Source: a virus
Lineage: Duplodnaviria; Caudoviricetes
Virus record (IMG/VR): IMGVR_UViG_3300037742_000080
Location: 1 to 58,327 of that record
Length of the DNA: 58,327 nt
Direction: 5' to 3' (one strand)
Shown here: positions 45,510 through 55,126 of the stretch, one piece after another
How positions within the stretch are numbered: position 1 is the stretch's first letter
Layout: each line of letters begins with the position of its first letter
The notes under the pieces: generated by a model
Told to the model about the DNA's origin: nothing
What the model saw: the letters and a program-made list of their open reading frames with translations, nothing else
Databases searched by the model: none
Made by a program: the position numbers and the translations under genes

Positions 45510-46064
45510 ATGAACCTATTCGTGCTGGACCGCGACCCGCGGCTGGCCGCCCGAGCCCACTGTGACAAGCACGTTGTCAAGATGGTGCTCGAGACGGCGC
45601 AGCTGCTTAGCACCGCCCACGCCCACTTTGGCGAGGCGACGTACTCCGACCTCCGCAACTGCTTCGAGGTTCGGGGGCAGCGCGTCTACCACCCGACGCA
45701 TCAGAACCACCCGTGCGCCGTGTGGGTGCGCGAGACCGCCGCCAACTATCGCTGGGCGTGCTCGCTGCTCGAGGCCCTGCTCCACGAGTATCAGCGCCGC
45801 TTCGGCGACCGCGCCAAGAAGCGCCACAAGACGTGGGACGTACTGCCCGCGCTGCGCAACCCGCCCCGCGCGCTCGTCAAGGCCTCCGCCGACCGGCCCG
45901 ACGCCATGACGCCGTTCGCCCTTGCGATGCCCGAGGCGTACCGCTCGGCCGACCCGGTGGCATCGTACCGTGCCTACTACCACGCCGAGAAGTCCGCGAT
46001 CGCCGAGTACCGCATGGGCGACGGTCCGTCGTGGATGGCTGAGACCTCGGGGGTGACGCTATGA
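45510..46064 (+). CDS. Pyrimidine-dimer DNA glycosylase / DenV-related protein
   Basis: MNLFVLD.DP..AA..HCDKHVVKMVLETAQLLS, THQNHPC.VW, YRAYY. Confidence 0.75.
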   Translation: MNLFVLDRDPRLAARAHCDKHVVKMVLETAQLLSTAHAHFGEATYSDLRNCFEVRGQRVYHPTHQNHPCAVWVRETAANYRWACSLLEALLHEYQRRFGDRAKKRHKTWDVLPALRNPPRALVKASADRPDAMTPFALAMPEAYRSADPVASYRAYYHAEKSAIAEYRMGDGPSWMAETSGVTL

Positions 46065-46945
46065 TGGACCTCGACTTCCCCGACGACGACTACCTCGACG
46101 CCTTCGCCGAGGCGGGCCTCTCGCCAACCGGGCGCTTCCGCCACCCTCCGCACGAGGTCGCGCTGCGGCGCGGCTGGAGCGAGCTCGTCGGCAACTCGGC
46201 CAACAACCTCGTGCCGCGCGGAGGGGCGCCGTGGACCGCCGCCGAGGAGCGCGACCTGCTGGCCGCGGCCGCCCGCTGCACGGACCTGTCGTTCCTCGCA
46301 TCCGCCCACGGGCGGACCGAGACTGCAATCGCCTGCCGCCTCGAGCAGCTGGGCTACGACCGCGGCGTCCTCGCCGCCATGGACTTTGCCGACGTCGAGC
46401 TGCGCGTTCTCGCGCAGGTCGTCGGCCCCACAACCAAGCAACAAGGAGCAAAGAAGATGAAGATGACCGCCAACCGCCTTATGACCCTGCTTGCCGTGTA
46501 CCGCGGCACCTACGAGAACGAGCTCAAGGTGGGCACGTCCGGGCCTGACCTCGCGAGCCTCGTGGCCGAGGGCCTTGTAACCGTCAACGGGGACGGGCGC
46601 CGGCCGTCCGTGACCGAGGACGGCTCTGCCCTCGTGGACTCGCTGCTGGGCCGCTCCTCGAGCTCGGGCGGCGCAGCCAGCACGAGCTGGAATGCCTCGC
46701 GCAACACCAGCGCGCTCGATGACCAGCGCTTCTTCCTCGTGTCTTCTGGCGACGCCATGAAGGGCGGGCCGCACGGTCGCCCGCAGCTGAAGAAGCCGCC
46801 CACCACGGTCCAGTCGTCCTACCGCGACGCCGAGCGCGAGGCCTCCCGCCTCGCCGACCTGAGCCGTGGCGAGAAGTTCTTCGTCCTGCAGGCGGTGTCA
46901 GTGCACGAGGTGCAGCCGGCGCCGGCTACGTCGCGCCGCCTGTGA
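46061..46945 (+). CDS. Hypothetical multi-domain protein (Myb-like HTH N-terminus)
   Basis: WTAAEERDL...HGRTETAIACRL; possible internal start near 46457. Confidence 0.65.
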   Translation: MMDLDFPDDDYLDAFAEAGLSPTGRFRHPPHEVALRRGWSELVGNSANNLVPRGGAPWTAAEERDLLAAAARCTDLSFLASAHGRTETAIACRLEQLGYDRGVLAAMDFADVELRVLAQVVGPTTKQQGAKKMKMTANRLMTLLAVYRGTYENELKVGTSGPDLASLVAEGLVTVNGDGRRPSVTEDGSALVDSLLGRSSSSGGAASTSWNASRNTSALDDQRFFLVSSGDAMKGGPHGRPQLKKPPTTVQSSYRDAEREASRLADLSRGEKFFVLQAVSVHEVQPAPATSRRL

Positions 46946-46955
46946 TTGGGCAAAG

Positions 46956-46985
46956 AAAAAAGGGGAGCCGTAGCTCCCCTTTTTC
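46956..46985. terminator. Bidirectional rho-independent terminator
   Basis: aaaaaaggggagc-cgta-gctcccctttttc between convergent genes. Confidence 0.9.
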
Positions 46986-46999
46986 GTTGTTGCCGTGCC

Positions 47000-47776
47000 T
47001 CAGCGGCGCTTGGCGAGGCCTGCCGCGATCTTCTCAGTCGGGGACAGGTTCTGGCGCTGCGGGTTCGGCTTGCCCTGCGTGGTGCCGGGCTTGACGCCCG
47101 AGCCGCTCGGGGCCTCGCTCTCGAAGGCGCGGCCGAAGGTCGGGCTGGCCTTCATCTCCTTGACCAGGTCCTCGACAGTCATGAAGCCGCCGGAGGCGTT
47201 GCCACGCGGGTCGCCGCTCTCGTCGACCACGCGGACGACGTACTCCTCGCCCTCCTTGATGACCTTGGTCTTGGCCTGGATATGCGGCAGCAGGAGCTCC
47301 GGCACGCCCTTGTGGCCAGCAATCGCCTGCACGGCGGCCGTGGTCACCAGGTACTTCTGGAGGGTCTTGCTCATGTTCTGGAGCTCGCCGTCCTTGCCCT
47401 GCAGCTGGGTCTGGAAGCCGCGCTCCAGGTCCTTCTTCATCTTGTCCCAGTTGACCTTGCCGTCCTTCGACTCGCCGATGACGCGCTCAACGGCCTGGCG
47501 GAGGGTCTCCGGCGAGGCGGCGTCGTCGCCCTCAAGGCCGAGCAGCTGGCCGACAGCGGCAAAGCCCGACAGGTCGGGGCGGTTGCGCTTGGCCTCGTCG
47601 GCGTCGCGGCGCGCTGCCTTGAGGGACTTGTTCAGGCCGTCGATGGCACCGGCGGTGCCCTTGAAGCTGTCGTTCAATACAAAGCCACCGTCGCCCTCGG
47701 CGTACAGGCCGCGGAACTGCTCGGGGACCTTGTCGATGCTGTCGACGGTGGGGTTCTTCAGGAACTCGAATTCCAT
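47000..47776 (-). CDS. Capsid scaffolding protein
   Basis: VDSIDKVPEQFRGLY, coiled coil, SGSG, LSPTEKIAAGL C-terminus; between head morphogenesis gene and MCP. Confidence 0.8.
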   Translation of the reverse strand: MEFEFLKNPTVDSIDKVPEQFRGLYAEGDGGFVLNDSFKGTAGAIDGLNKSLKAARRDADEAKRNRPDLSGFAAVGQLLGLEGDDAASPETLRQAVERVIGESKDGKVNWDKMKKDLERGFQTQLQGKDGELQNMSKTLQKYLVTTAAVQAIAGHKGVPELLLPHIQAKTKVIKEGEEYVVRVVDESGDPRGNASGGFMTVEDLVKEMKASPTFGRAFESEAPSGSGVKPGTTQGKPNPQRQNLSPTEKIAAGLAKRR

Positions 47777-47842
47777 AGTGCTCTCCTTCTGCGCATCACG
47801 CGCGTTGTTTGGGCGTCGCGCCCGGGGTGGTCTCAGGCTGGC

Positions 47843-47873
47843 ACATTAAGCCGGCGCCGGCGTAACGTGAGCC
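47843..47873 (-). promoter_or_regulatory. Putative promoter GGCTCACG-N17-TAATGT
   Basis: Recurrent motif preceded by ACGAT. Confidence 0.5.
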
Positions 47874-47906
47874 ATCGTTTTGATGCGGGCCGGACTCGGC
47901 CACGCG

Positions 47907-49100
47907 TCAGTCGTCTGTTCCGCGCAGCCTGTCGAGCAGCTCGCGGGCGTCCTGGTCGAGCCGCGTCCGCAGCTGGTCCAGGTTGTATTGCTTGCCACTG
48001 GCGTCCACGAACTTGTCGAGCGGCACGCCGCCCTCACGGAACAGCCGAGCACGGGTAGGCCCAAGCACCTCGTCCTGGAACTTTGCCGGCTGGCGCTTGA
48101 TCCAGTCCTGATATGTCACGTTGCTGGGTGTGGAGCCGATGTTCTCATCCGCCCACGCGTCGCGCTTGGCCTTCACCTTGGCGCGGCGCTCAGTGGCGGA
48201 CATGCGGGACCACTCCTTCGGCCCGACGTCGTCGCGTACCTCCTGGGCAAAGTCGAGCTCGCGCTTGCGGCGGGTCCTGCCGTCGCGCACGGTCGGGCGG
48301 TCGCCGACAATCTCGGCGCCTGCCAGCACGGGCACGACGGTCGAGCGGCAGTTCGGGTGCGCCGGCGGGCGCGGGCCCTTGTCGATTGGGTAGACTTCGC
48401 CATCACGAGACCGGCACACCGCCGAGGTGCGCCCGTCGAGAGTCGCCACCCAGCGCACGCCGGAGATGATGTCTGCATTGGCATCCCATGTCGCCTGGCG
48501 CGCGCCGGTGGACACGTGGTTCGCCGCCGTGCGCACAACCGTCTCGGCGTCGCGGCGCGTGATGGCCAGCACCCCGTCGGAGTAGCCGGCTGCCCGCGTA
48601 CCGCGGATGCGGCGCACGATCTGGTCGGTCGTCTCGCCCTGCAGGATGCCGAGGCGGAGCTGCTGCTCGATGCGCTGGGCATCCGCTGCAGCAAGCCGGT
48701 CCCACCAGCCCTGCAGCGGGATGCCGTTGATTGGCGACCCGACGATGGCCCGCAGCGTGGCTGGCGCGACCGTGTTGAGGGTCAGCTCCACCGGGATCGC
48801 TGCGCCCATGGCGCCGACCTCCCAGGTCGCCTCTACCTGCGACAGGCCGTCGAGGTCGGGGCGCACGTCGGCGTCGACGGCCTGGATGGCCGCGGCGCGC
48901 AGCCTCCGGACCTCGATCAGCATCGCGTTCAGGCGCGCCTCGGCGAACTCGGTGAGCTCGGTCTGGAGCATCGCGACGAGCTCGCGGTCGGAGGCCTCCA
49001 GGAGCCTGGCCGCGTCAGCCGCCATGCGGTCGGAGAACCGCAGGACGACGATCTGGTGCCGGACTGTAGCATCCAACAATTCTTCGTTAGCGGTGGCCAT
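47907..49100 (-). CDS. Head morphogenesis protein (SPP1 gp7/Mu gpF family)
   Basis: VRTAANH, WVATLDGRTSAVCRSRDG, PPAHPNCRS. Confidence 0.9.
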   Translation of the reverse strand: MATANEELLDATVRHQIVVLRFSDRMAADAARLLEASDRELVAMLQTELTEFAEARLNAMLIEVRRLRAAAIQAVDADVRPDLDGLSQVEATWEVGAMGAAIPVELTLNTVAPATLRAIVGSPINGIPLQGWWDRLAAADAQRIEQQLRLGILQGETTDQIVRRIRGTRAAGYSDGVLAITRRDAETVVRTAANHVSTGARQATWDANADIISGVRWVATLDGRTSAVCRSRDGEVYPIDKGPRPPAHPNCRSTVVPVLAGAEIVGDRPTVRDGRTRRKRELDFAQEVRDDVGPKEWSRMSATERRAKVKAKRDAWADENIGSTPSNVTYQDWIKRQPAKFQDEVLGPTRARLFREGGVPLDKFVDASGKQYNLDQLRTRLDQDARELLDRLRGTDD

Positions 49101-49584
49101 CTGCTGCCTCCACTATGGCACGAGCCAAGGCGAGCACTGTCTCATCAGCCCAGTCATTCTTGGCAGTGTTATAGGCCCAACAGACAACGCGCACGTTGTC
49201 CATTGTATATCCGCCAGAGGAGTCTACACGATCAACTGAAGGAGCCCATGGATTGGTGCGACCTTCGCCCTCCCAGTCATAGCGCAGAGCCAACCCTGAA
49301 GCTGAGCAAGTCATTGGCTCAAGCAAAAGGCCAAGGAACTCCTCAGTCAAGTCAAATGCTCGACCTTGCTTTTCAGCACGATTGCGTAGAGCCTTCAACC
49401 AATACCGCGCGGCTTGCCCTTGGCGGTATCGGGTAGTAGTCTCTGCCACCCGCTCCCGATTCTCTGCACGATTACGCTCATGCCAACGCTTGCTAGCCTC
49501 ACGAGCCTTGTCTCGATTGGCTTCACGCCATAGCCGATTCTTCTCGCGGGCTTTAGCCAGTTTCTCTTCTGGAGTCTGAGCCAT
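49087..49584 (-). CDS. HNH-like putative homing endonuclease (paralogue of 12873)
   Basis: CSASG...NPWAPSVDRVD...GYTMDNVRVVCWAYN; lower GC. Confidence 0.75.
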   Translation of the reverse strand: MAQTPEEKLAKAREKNRLWREANRDKAREASKRWHERNRAENRERVAETTTRYRQGQAARYWLKALRNRAEKQGRAFDLTEEFLGLLLEPMTCSASGLALRYDWEGEGRTNPWAPSVDRVDSSGGYTMDNVRVVCWAYNTAKNDWADETVLALARAIVEAADGHR

Positions 49585-51113
49585 CACTCACCCCCGGGGT
49601 TGAGCACCGGGTCGTTCGGCGCGGGCGGCTGCGGGGTGTTCGGGTCCGCCGGAGGGTCCTGCGGGTCGGCCGGCGGGGTCTGGGTGCCGTTGCCCTTGCC
49701 GAACATGTCGCCCATGGAGTCGGTTGCCTCCTCCTTCAGCTGCTCCGCGTCGTCGTCCTCGTCGAAGTCGTCCGAGAGGACCTGGCGCGCCTTCATCTCC
49801 TTCAGGAAGGCCTTGCGGGAGATGTCGCGCTGAGCCCGCATCTTCAGTAGCGCGTCCAGCTCGGCGGCGTCCGCCTCGGACAGGTCGACGTCGGCGTTGA
49901 CCTTGACGGAGCCACCGTTGTCAAGGCCCAGCCAGTCTGCCGTGAACTGCATGGCCTGCTCGAGGCAGTCCTGGAAGTCGCGGACGGTGGCGGCTAGGTA
50001 GGAGGACGCCTCCGCGGCGTCGAGGGCGCGGCCGGTGGCGGTCTCGTCGCCAGGCTTCTTGCGCATGTACTCTGCGCCGTAGGTGGCCATCTGGTCCTCG
50101 AGGGACGAGAGGTCGGTCTGGCCCGCAGCGATGGCCGCGCCGGTGTGCTCGACGTAGTACCACTTGCCCTCAGGGGCCTCGGTGGTCAGGAAGTTGTTGG
50201 GGCCGATGTTGACCTTCTGGTCTGCGGGCACGCCGGACGCCGCGAGGATCGGGAAGCGCGACACGGTCAGCACGTTCCGCTGGTCGCTGGACGACTGCCA
50301 GTGGGCGACGTTCAGGTGCGCCAGGTCGGTGAGGGGCGGCTTGCACTCCATCAGGCCCGTACGCTTGCCAGCGTAGAAGGTCACCAGCGGGATGTAGTCG
50401 AGGCTGGTCGTGCCCTCGGACTCGACGTGCCACTCCTCGCCCTTCTCGTCGGGCGCCCACACCTGCCAGGTGCCGGGCTCCAGGACGCGGACGCGGACTA
50501 CCTCGACCTCCTCCCAGCCTACGCGCTCGACGCTCTTCTCGAGGATGCGGATGTGCGTGAGCACCTCCTGGCCGAGGACGACGGCGGAGTACGCGGCGAT
50601 GAGGCACTCGGGCTTGACGTGCACCCAGTACGGGCGAAGGCCCTCGGCGCGGTCGTCGGCGAGGGTGCGCGGGCGCTGCTCGCCCTCGGCGTCGGTCTTA
50701 GCCTCGGGGGTGGGGTGCTCGACGAGCACGTGGGAGAAGCCCTTGGCCCAGGCCTCGCGGAACCAGGAGCGGGAGAAGGCCTGCAGGTTGTTCCCCTGCA
50801 TGTCGACGTCCTCGGCCAGGTCCTCGATCTGCGTGGGCACGTCCTCGTCGAGGACGATGGCCTCACGGAAGGGCTTGCCCGCCAGGGTGTCCAGCGTCTG
50901 CTCGGTCATGTTGAGCAGGGTGGCCCGCGACAGGCGTGCGTCGTAGTTCTTGTTGGACTCGTTGTCGTACTGGGGCAGGAACTCCTTGCCCGCGGCGCGC
51001 ATCGCCTCGGTGCCGCCCAGCAGGACGTCGATCATGCGCCAGCGTGGCGCCATGCGGAGGTAGGCCGACGATGGGGTCGCCACCGTCGGCTTCTTGTTGG
51101 GGTTGTCTGCCAT
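49584..51113 (-). CDS. Portal protein (DUF4055 family)
   Basis: GGTEAMR.AG..FLP...E....Y..RL, PPL.DLA.LN..HWQSSSD. Confidence 0.88.
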   Translation of the reverse strand: MADNPNKKPTVATPSSAYLRMAPRWRMIDVLLGGTEAMRAAGKEFLPQYDNESNKNYDARLSRATLLNMTEQTLDTLAGKPFREAIVLDEDVPTQIEDLAEDVDMQGNNLQAFSRSWFREAWAKGFSHVLVEHPTPEAKTDAEGEQRPRTLADDRAEGLRPYWVHVKPECLIAAYSAVVLGQEVLTHIRILEKSVERVGWEEVEVVRVRVLEPGTWQVWAPDEKGEEWHVESEGTTSLDYIPLVTFYAGKRTGLMECKPPLTDLAHLNVAHWQSSSDQRNVLTVSRFPILAASGVPADQKVNIGPNNFLTTEAPEGKWYYVEHTGAAIAAGQTDLSSLEDQMATYGAEYMRKKPGDETATGRALDAAEASSYLAATVRDFQDCLEQAMQFTADWLGLDNGGSVKVNADVDLSEADAAELDALLKMRAQRDISRKAFLKEMKARQVLSDDFDEDDDAEQLKEEATDSMGDMFGKGNGTQTPPADPQDPPADPNTPQPPAPNDPVLNPGGE

Positions 51114-51152
51114 GGCGGGCTCCTGTCTCGGTGGCGTACGTAGATGACCGCG

Positions 51153-51183
51153 ATGGTACCTCGTAAGCCGCCGAACAGGAGCC
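51153..51183 (-). promoter_or_regulatory. Putative portal promoter GGCTCCTG-N17-TACCAT
   Basis: Recurrent motif. Confidence 0.6.
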
Positions 51184-51189
51184 AGCGAT

Positions 51190-52089
51190 CTAGGCGTCGT
51201 CCGGGTGCCGCTCGCCCAGGAAGATGGGGAAGCGCGGCGCCTCCTTGGAGCCGATCGGGAAGAACTTGAACTTCACGAGGCGGCCGGCCCAGTGCTCGCG
51301 GCCCGCCCAGACGATGGCCCTCGTCGCGGCGTCGAAGCCGGACCCGATGTTGAAGCGCACGCCGTCCCACCGACCGCCGCGGCCGACTACGCGCAGGGCG
51401 CCGAGCGTGTCCATACCCGCCATGCCGTCCTTCGAGTGGCCGCGTTCGGTCAAGCCCAGCGCGCTGGTGGATGCCTCGTTGGAGTTGTGCAGCAGCTCCT
51501 CAAAGCCCTCGACGACCGCCTCGCCGTCCTCGAACTGCTTGAGCTTCATGAGGTCCTGCTTGGACAGCGTGCCGCGGCCGAACTTGTAGGGCGACTTCGC
51601 GTCCCGCAGCATCACGCCCTCGTAGCCGAGGTCCAGCTGCGTGGCCTCGTAGGCGTTCGCCTCCTCCGCCGTCGTGACGACTGTCTGCTCGACCATGACG
51701 GCGCGGCCCGAGCCGGTGGCCAGGTCGCGGGCCATGCCCAGCCGCTCGTGGTACGGCCTGCCGGGCTCGCGGCAGCAGTCGAAGACGTGGAAGAAGACGT
51801 CGGGCTCGCCCTCGCGGCTCATGACGCCGGAGGTCGTGCCCAGGAAGGCGCGCGGGTCGGTCGGGTCGCCCACCAGGAGCTCGCCGTCCAGGCCCTCGAG
51901 CCAGTCCTTGCCGAAGATGGCCTGCACCCGGCGGTTCGGGATGGGCTTGAGGTTGCGGGACACGACGACCCCGTCGCGCACGATGGCACGGATGCCGTCG
52001 AGCTTGGGGCTCGCCAGTAGGGGCCAGCGCAGGGCGGCGACGTCGGCCACGGTTGCGGCTAACATGGGGCGGAAGGCCTTCTCAGTCAT
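51190..52089 (-). CDS. ATP-dependent DNA ligase
   Basis: SPKLDGIR (motif I), LDGEL, VFD, EGVMLR, KLK, GSGF, PRFP. Confidence 0.92.
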   Translation of the reverse strand: MTEKAFRPMLAATVADVAALRWPLLASPKLDGIRAIVRDGVVVSRNLKPIPNRRVQAIFGKDWLEGLDGELLVGDPTDPRAFLGTTSGVMSREGEPDVFFHVFDCCREPGRPYHERLGMARDLATGSGRAVMVEQTVVTTAEEANAYEATQLDLGYEGVMLRDAKSPYKFGRGTLSKQDLMKLKQFEDGEAVVEGFEELLHNSNEASTSALGLTERGHSKDGMAGMDTLGALRVVGRGGRWDGVRFNIGSGFDAATRAIVWAGREHWAGRLVKFKFFPIGSKEAPRFPIFLGERHPDDA

Positions 52090-52627
52090 GGCTGGGCACC
52101 CCGTGCGTGTGGATCGGGTTCAGGTCGTCGGCCCACGAGGGCCAGTCGCGCAGCGGGCGGCGCACCAGGCGGGCCCCGTCACCCTCGAGGTGGAGGTACT
52201 CGGTCACGAAGACGCTCGGCTCGGCTGGCGTACCGCCCAGCAGCTCCTGCAGGACGTCCAGCGCAACGCTGACCTCGCTGGAGGAGGCCTCGCCCATGTG
52301 CTCCATGCCCTGCAGGCGCTCCACGGCGCGCATCAGCGCCCTGGCCTGCAGGTCGCGGCGGGCGACGTGCTCGCGCAGGACGTCCAGGATGGCGTCGTCG
52401 AAGGGTGACGGGTCCAGGTCGCGCCCGTTCTCGGCCTCCATGCGGAGCCGCTCGATAGTGGCGGCCTCGTCCTCGCTGGCGTGCAGCTCGACGAGCGCGT
52501 ACTCGAGGCCGCGGCGGTAGGCGTCGCGGGCGGGCGCGCGGCCGCTGCGGCGCAGGCGCACCATGTGGGCCAGGATGACGGCGAGCAGGGCAGCGGACAG
52601 CAGGGCCCAGGGGTCTAGTTCGGTCAT
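52082..52627 (-). CDS. Hypothetical protein with N-terminal TM helix
   Basis: GAGGAG RBS; WALLSAALLAVILAHM. Confidence 0.6.
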   Translation of the reverse strand: MTELDPWALLSAALLAVILAHMVRLRRSGRAPARDAYRRGLEYALVELHASEDEAATIERLRMEAENGRDLDPSPFDDAILDVLREHVARRDLQARALMRAVERLQGMEHMGEASSSEVSVALDVLQELLGGTPAEPSVFVTEYLHLEGDGARLVRRPLRDWPSWADDLNPIHTHGVPSHD

Positions 52628-52637
52628 GTCAATCTCC

Positions 52638-53153
52638 TCAGTTGGCGGCGTCGACGGACGACAGGAAGCGGCGGAGCGCGCCGAGCGACCGGCCCCCGCG
52701 CCCGGAGTCCACCACGGGGTCCTCCAGGTAGCCGGCGGGTGTCTCGACGCGCAGCCAGGCGCGATCGGCCTGGGCGAGCTCGCGGACGAGCCCGAGCGGC
52801 ACGGCGAACGCCTTGCGCGACTCACGGGTGGCGGCGCCGTAGGGCGCGAAGGTGGTGGGCACGCCGACCTGGGTCAGCCGGTGGACGCGGCCGCCCACGC
52901 TAAGGCTGGCGCCAGTGATCGCGCGGACGTCGTTGAAGACGTAGACGACGAGCAGGGCGTGGTCGGGCGTCGCCGAGCTCCACTGAGCGCCCAGCCCGGT
53001 GCACACTACGCCGGAGCAGGCGTTGCCGTGGCCGGGCACGGTCACTACGCGGGAGCCGTCCAACCCGCTCACGCGGGAGGTTGGCGTGGAGCCGCCCGTG
53101 GCGCAGCCCTGCAGCAGGGCCACGACGGTGGCGGCGATCAGTAAGGTCCTCAT
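52638..53153 (-). CDS. Lipoprotein
   Basis: Signal peptide with lipobox LQGC. Confidence 0.75.
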   Translation of the reverse strand: MRTLLIAATVVALLQGCATGGSTPTSRVSGLDGSRVVTVPGHGNACSGVVCTGLGAQWSSATPDHALLVVYVFNDVRAITGASLSVGGRVHRLTQVGVPTTFAPYGAATRESRKAFAVPLGLVRELAQADRAWLRVETPAGYLEDPVVDSGRGGRSLGALRRFLSSVDAAN

Positions 53154-53210
53154 GTTGGACTCCTTCTAGGTTAGTTGTTGAGGGGACGACGACACATCCG
53201 GGGATAAAAG

Positions 53211-53244
53211 AAAGGGCGACGGTCACAGTGTACCGCCGCCCCTT
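53211..53244 (-). terminator. Terminator after RNR, overlapping the lipoprotein promoter (GGCTCCCT-N17-TACACT, 53227-53257)
   Basis: gggcgacggt...accgccgccc stem with U-tract on minus strand. Confidence 0.6.
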
Positions 53245-53275
53245 CTATAAGGGAGCCATCATTCCCAGCTGGGTG

Positions 53276-55015
53276 TCACTCGCAGCTGCGGCGGCCCGTC
53301 TCCGGGTCGATCGTGCAGGACGCGGCCTCCTCCTGGGCCTTGCCGGTGTCGTCGTCCTTGGCCACGATGACCCCGCCACGCATGCCGTCCGCCCGGTAGG
53401 TCGTGATGCCCTTGCAGCCGAGCTCCCACGCGCTGTCGTAGACCCGCTTGAACTCGTCCCAGCTGACGCGGGAGTCCACGTTGCAGGTCTTGGAGACGGC
53501 GGAGTCCACCAGCTCGGCAGCGACCGCCAGCACGGCAACGTGCTCAGCCACCGTCACCTCCGACGAGCGGCGCCCGCGGACGCCGAACACCCGCACGCCG
53601 TAGTCCTCGATGAGCTCCTTGCGGGGCCCCTCGAACTCGATGACCGTGCGCTCCATGCCATAGGAGAACACGGGCTCCAGGCCGGAGCTCACGTTGTCGG
53701 CGCAGAGGCTGATGGTGCCGGTCGGGGCGATGCTGGTGAGGTGGGAGTTGCGGATGCCGTGCTCCTCGATCATCGTGCGGACGTCGTCGGGCAGGGTCTT
53801 GACAAACTTGGAGTCCAGGTACTCCGGCGAGTAGAGCGGGAAGGCGCCCTTCTCGTGTGCCAGCAGGGCCGAGGCGCGGTAGGACTCGTCGCGGACGAGG
53901 GTCAGCACGCGGCGGGTGAAGTCCAGGAAGCCCTTCGAGCCGTACGGCAGGCCGAGCGCCTCGCCCGCGTTGGCCAGGCCGGTCACGCCGAGCCCCATGC
54001 GACGCTTCGACTTGGCCTCATGCTCCTGCTGCGGCAGCGGGTAGCGGGCGCGGTCGACCACGTTGTCCATGGCGCGCACGACGGGCGCGATGTCGCGGGC
54101 CAGGCCGTCCCAGTCGAAGCGCCAGCCGTGCATGTCCTTGCTGACGTAGCGGACCAGGTTGAAGGAGCCGAGCAGGCAGGCGCCGAACGGGGGCAGCGGC
54201 TGCTCGCCGCACGGGTTGGTCGCCGCGATGGTCTCGCAGTAGTGGAGGTTGTTCATCTCGTTGATGCGGTCGATGAACAGGACGCCCGGCTCGGCCCAGT
54301 CCCAGGTGGAGCGCATGACCGCGTCCCACAGCTCGTTGGGGTCGACCTCGCGGTACACGCGGCCGCCGAACTTCAGCTGGAAGGGCTTGCCGTCCCGCTT
54401 GGCGCGCATGAACTCGTCCGTGACGGCGATGGAGATGTTGAAGCCGCGCAGGAAGGTCTCGTTCTGCTTGGCGCGGACGAAGTCGAAGATGTCGGGGTGG
54501 TCGATGCGCAGGACGCCCATCTGTGCGCCGCGCCGGTGGCCGGACGAGGAGGTGCAGCGGCAGACCGCGTCGAAAATCTCCATGAAGGAGATGGGGCCGG
54601 AGCTGCGGGACTGGAGCTTGACGATCAGGTCGCCCTTGGGGCGCAGCGTTGAGAAGTCGTAGCCGATGCCGCCGCCCATGCGCATGGTCGCGGCCGCCTG
54701 GGTCGCGCGCTCCATGATGGAGCCCTCGCCGTCCGTGTAGCTGTCGGCGATGGTGCCGGAGACGTAGCAGTTGTAGGGGGTGGTGTTCTTGCCCGAGCCG
54801 ATGGCGGCCTGGATGCGGCCGGCCGGCATGAAGCGCATGTCGAGGAGGATGTCGCGGAACTCGTGGAAGTGGGCGTCGTCGTCCTTCAGCCCGGCCGCCA
54901 CGCGGTTCATGGCCTCGCGGAACGACTCGCCCTCCCCGCGGTACTTCTGCTGGTGCAGCTCGTCGGAGAACGGCTGCGTTGGCCCTACGTGTCGGGCGTC
55001 CTGTGTGTCGTGCAT
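53276..55015 (-). CDS. nrdJ: Ribonucleotide reductase, class II (B12-dependent) type
   Basis: FMPAGRI, NC, GGGIG, RRGAQM, TNPCGEQ, CLLGS, IAPTGTIS, SKTCN; no NrdB beta-subunit gene seen. Confidence 0.85.
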   Translation of the reverse strand: MHDTQDARHVGPTQPFSDELHQQKYRGEGESFREAMNRVAAGLKDDDAHFHEFRDILLDMRFMPAGRIQAAIGSGKNTTPYNCYVSGTIADSYTDGEGSIMERATQAAATMRMGGGIGYDFSTLRPKGDLIVKLQSRSSGPISFMEIFDAVCRCTSSSGHRRGAQMGVLRIDHPDIFDFVRAKQNETFLRGFNISIAVTDEFMRAKRDGKPFQLKFGGRVYREVDPNELWDAVMRSTWDWAEPGVLFIDRINEMNNLHYCETIAATNPCGEQPLPPFGACLLGSFNLVRYVSKDMHGWRFDWDGLARDIAPVVRAMDNVVDRARYPLPQQEHEAKSKRRMGLGVTGLANAGEALGLPYGSKGFLDFTRRVLTLVRDESYRASALLAHEKGAFPLYSPEYLDSKFVKTLPDDVRTMIEEHGIRNSHLTSIAPTGTISLCADNVSSGLEPVFSYGMERTVIEFEGPRKELIEDYGVRVFGVRGRRSSEVTVAEHVAVLAVAAELVDSAVSKTCNVDSRVSWDEFKRVYDSAWELGCKGITTYRADGMRGGVIVAKDDDTGKAQEEAASCTIDPETGRRSCE

Positions 55016-55052
55016 GGATTCTTGCTCCGTGTCTGGGTTGATCGAGCGAACG

Positions 55053-55083
55053 ATCTTGACGCGGTCCGGGAGCGTTGCAAGCC
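55053..55083 (-). promoter_or_regulatory. Putative RNR promoter GGCTTGCA-N17-CAAGAT
   Basis: Recurrent motif. Confidence 0.5.
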
Positions 55084-55088
55084 GACGT

Positions 55089-55126
55089 AAAAGGAAAGCC
55101 CCGGCGGTCGCTAGTACCGCCGGGGC
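55089..55126 (-). terminator. Rho-independent terminator
   Basis: gccccggcggt...accgccggggc followed by tttcctttt on minus strand. Confidence 0.75.
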
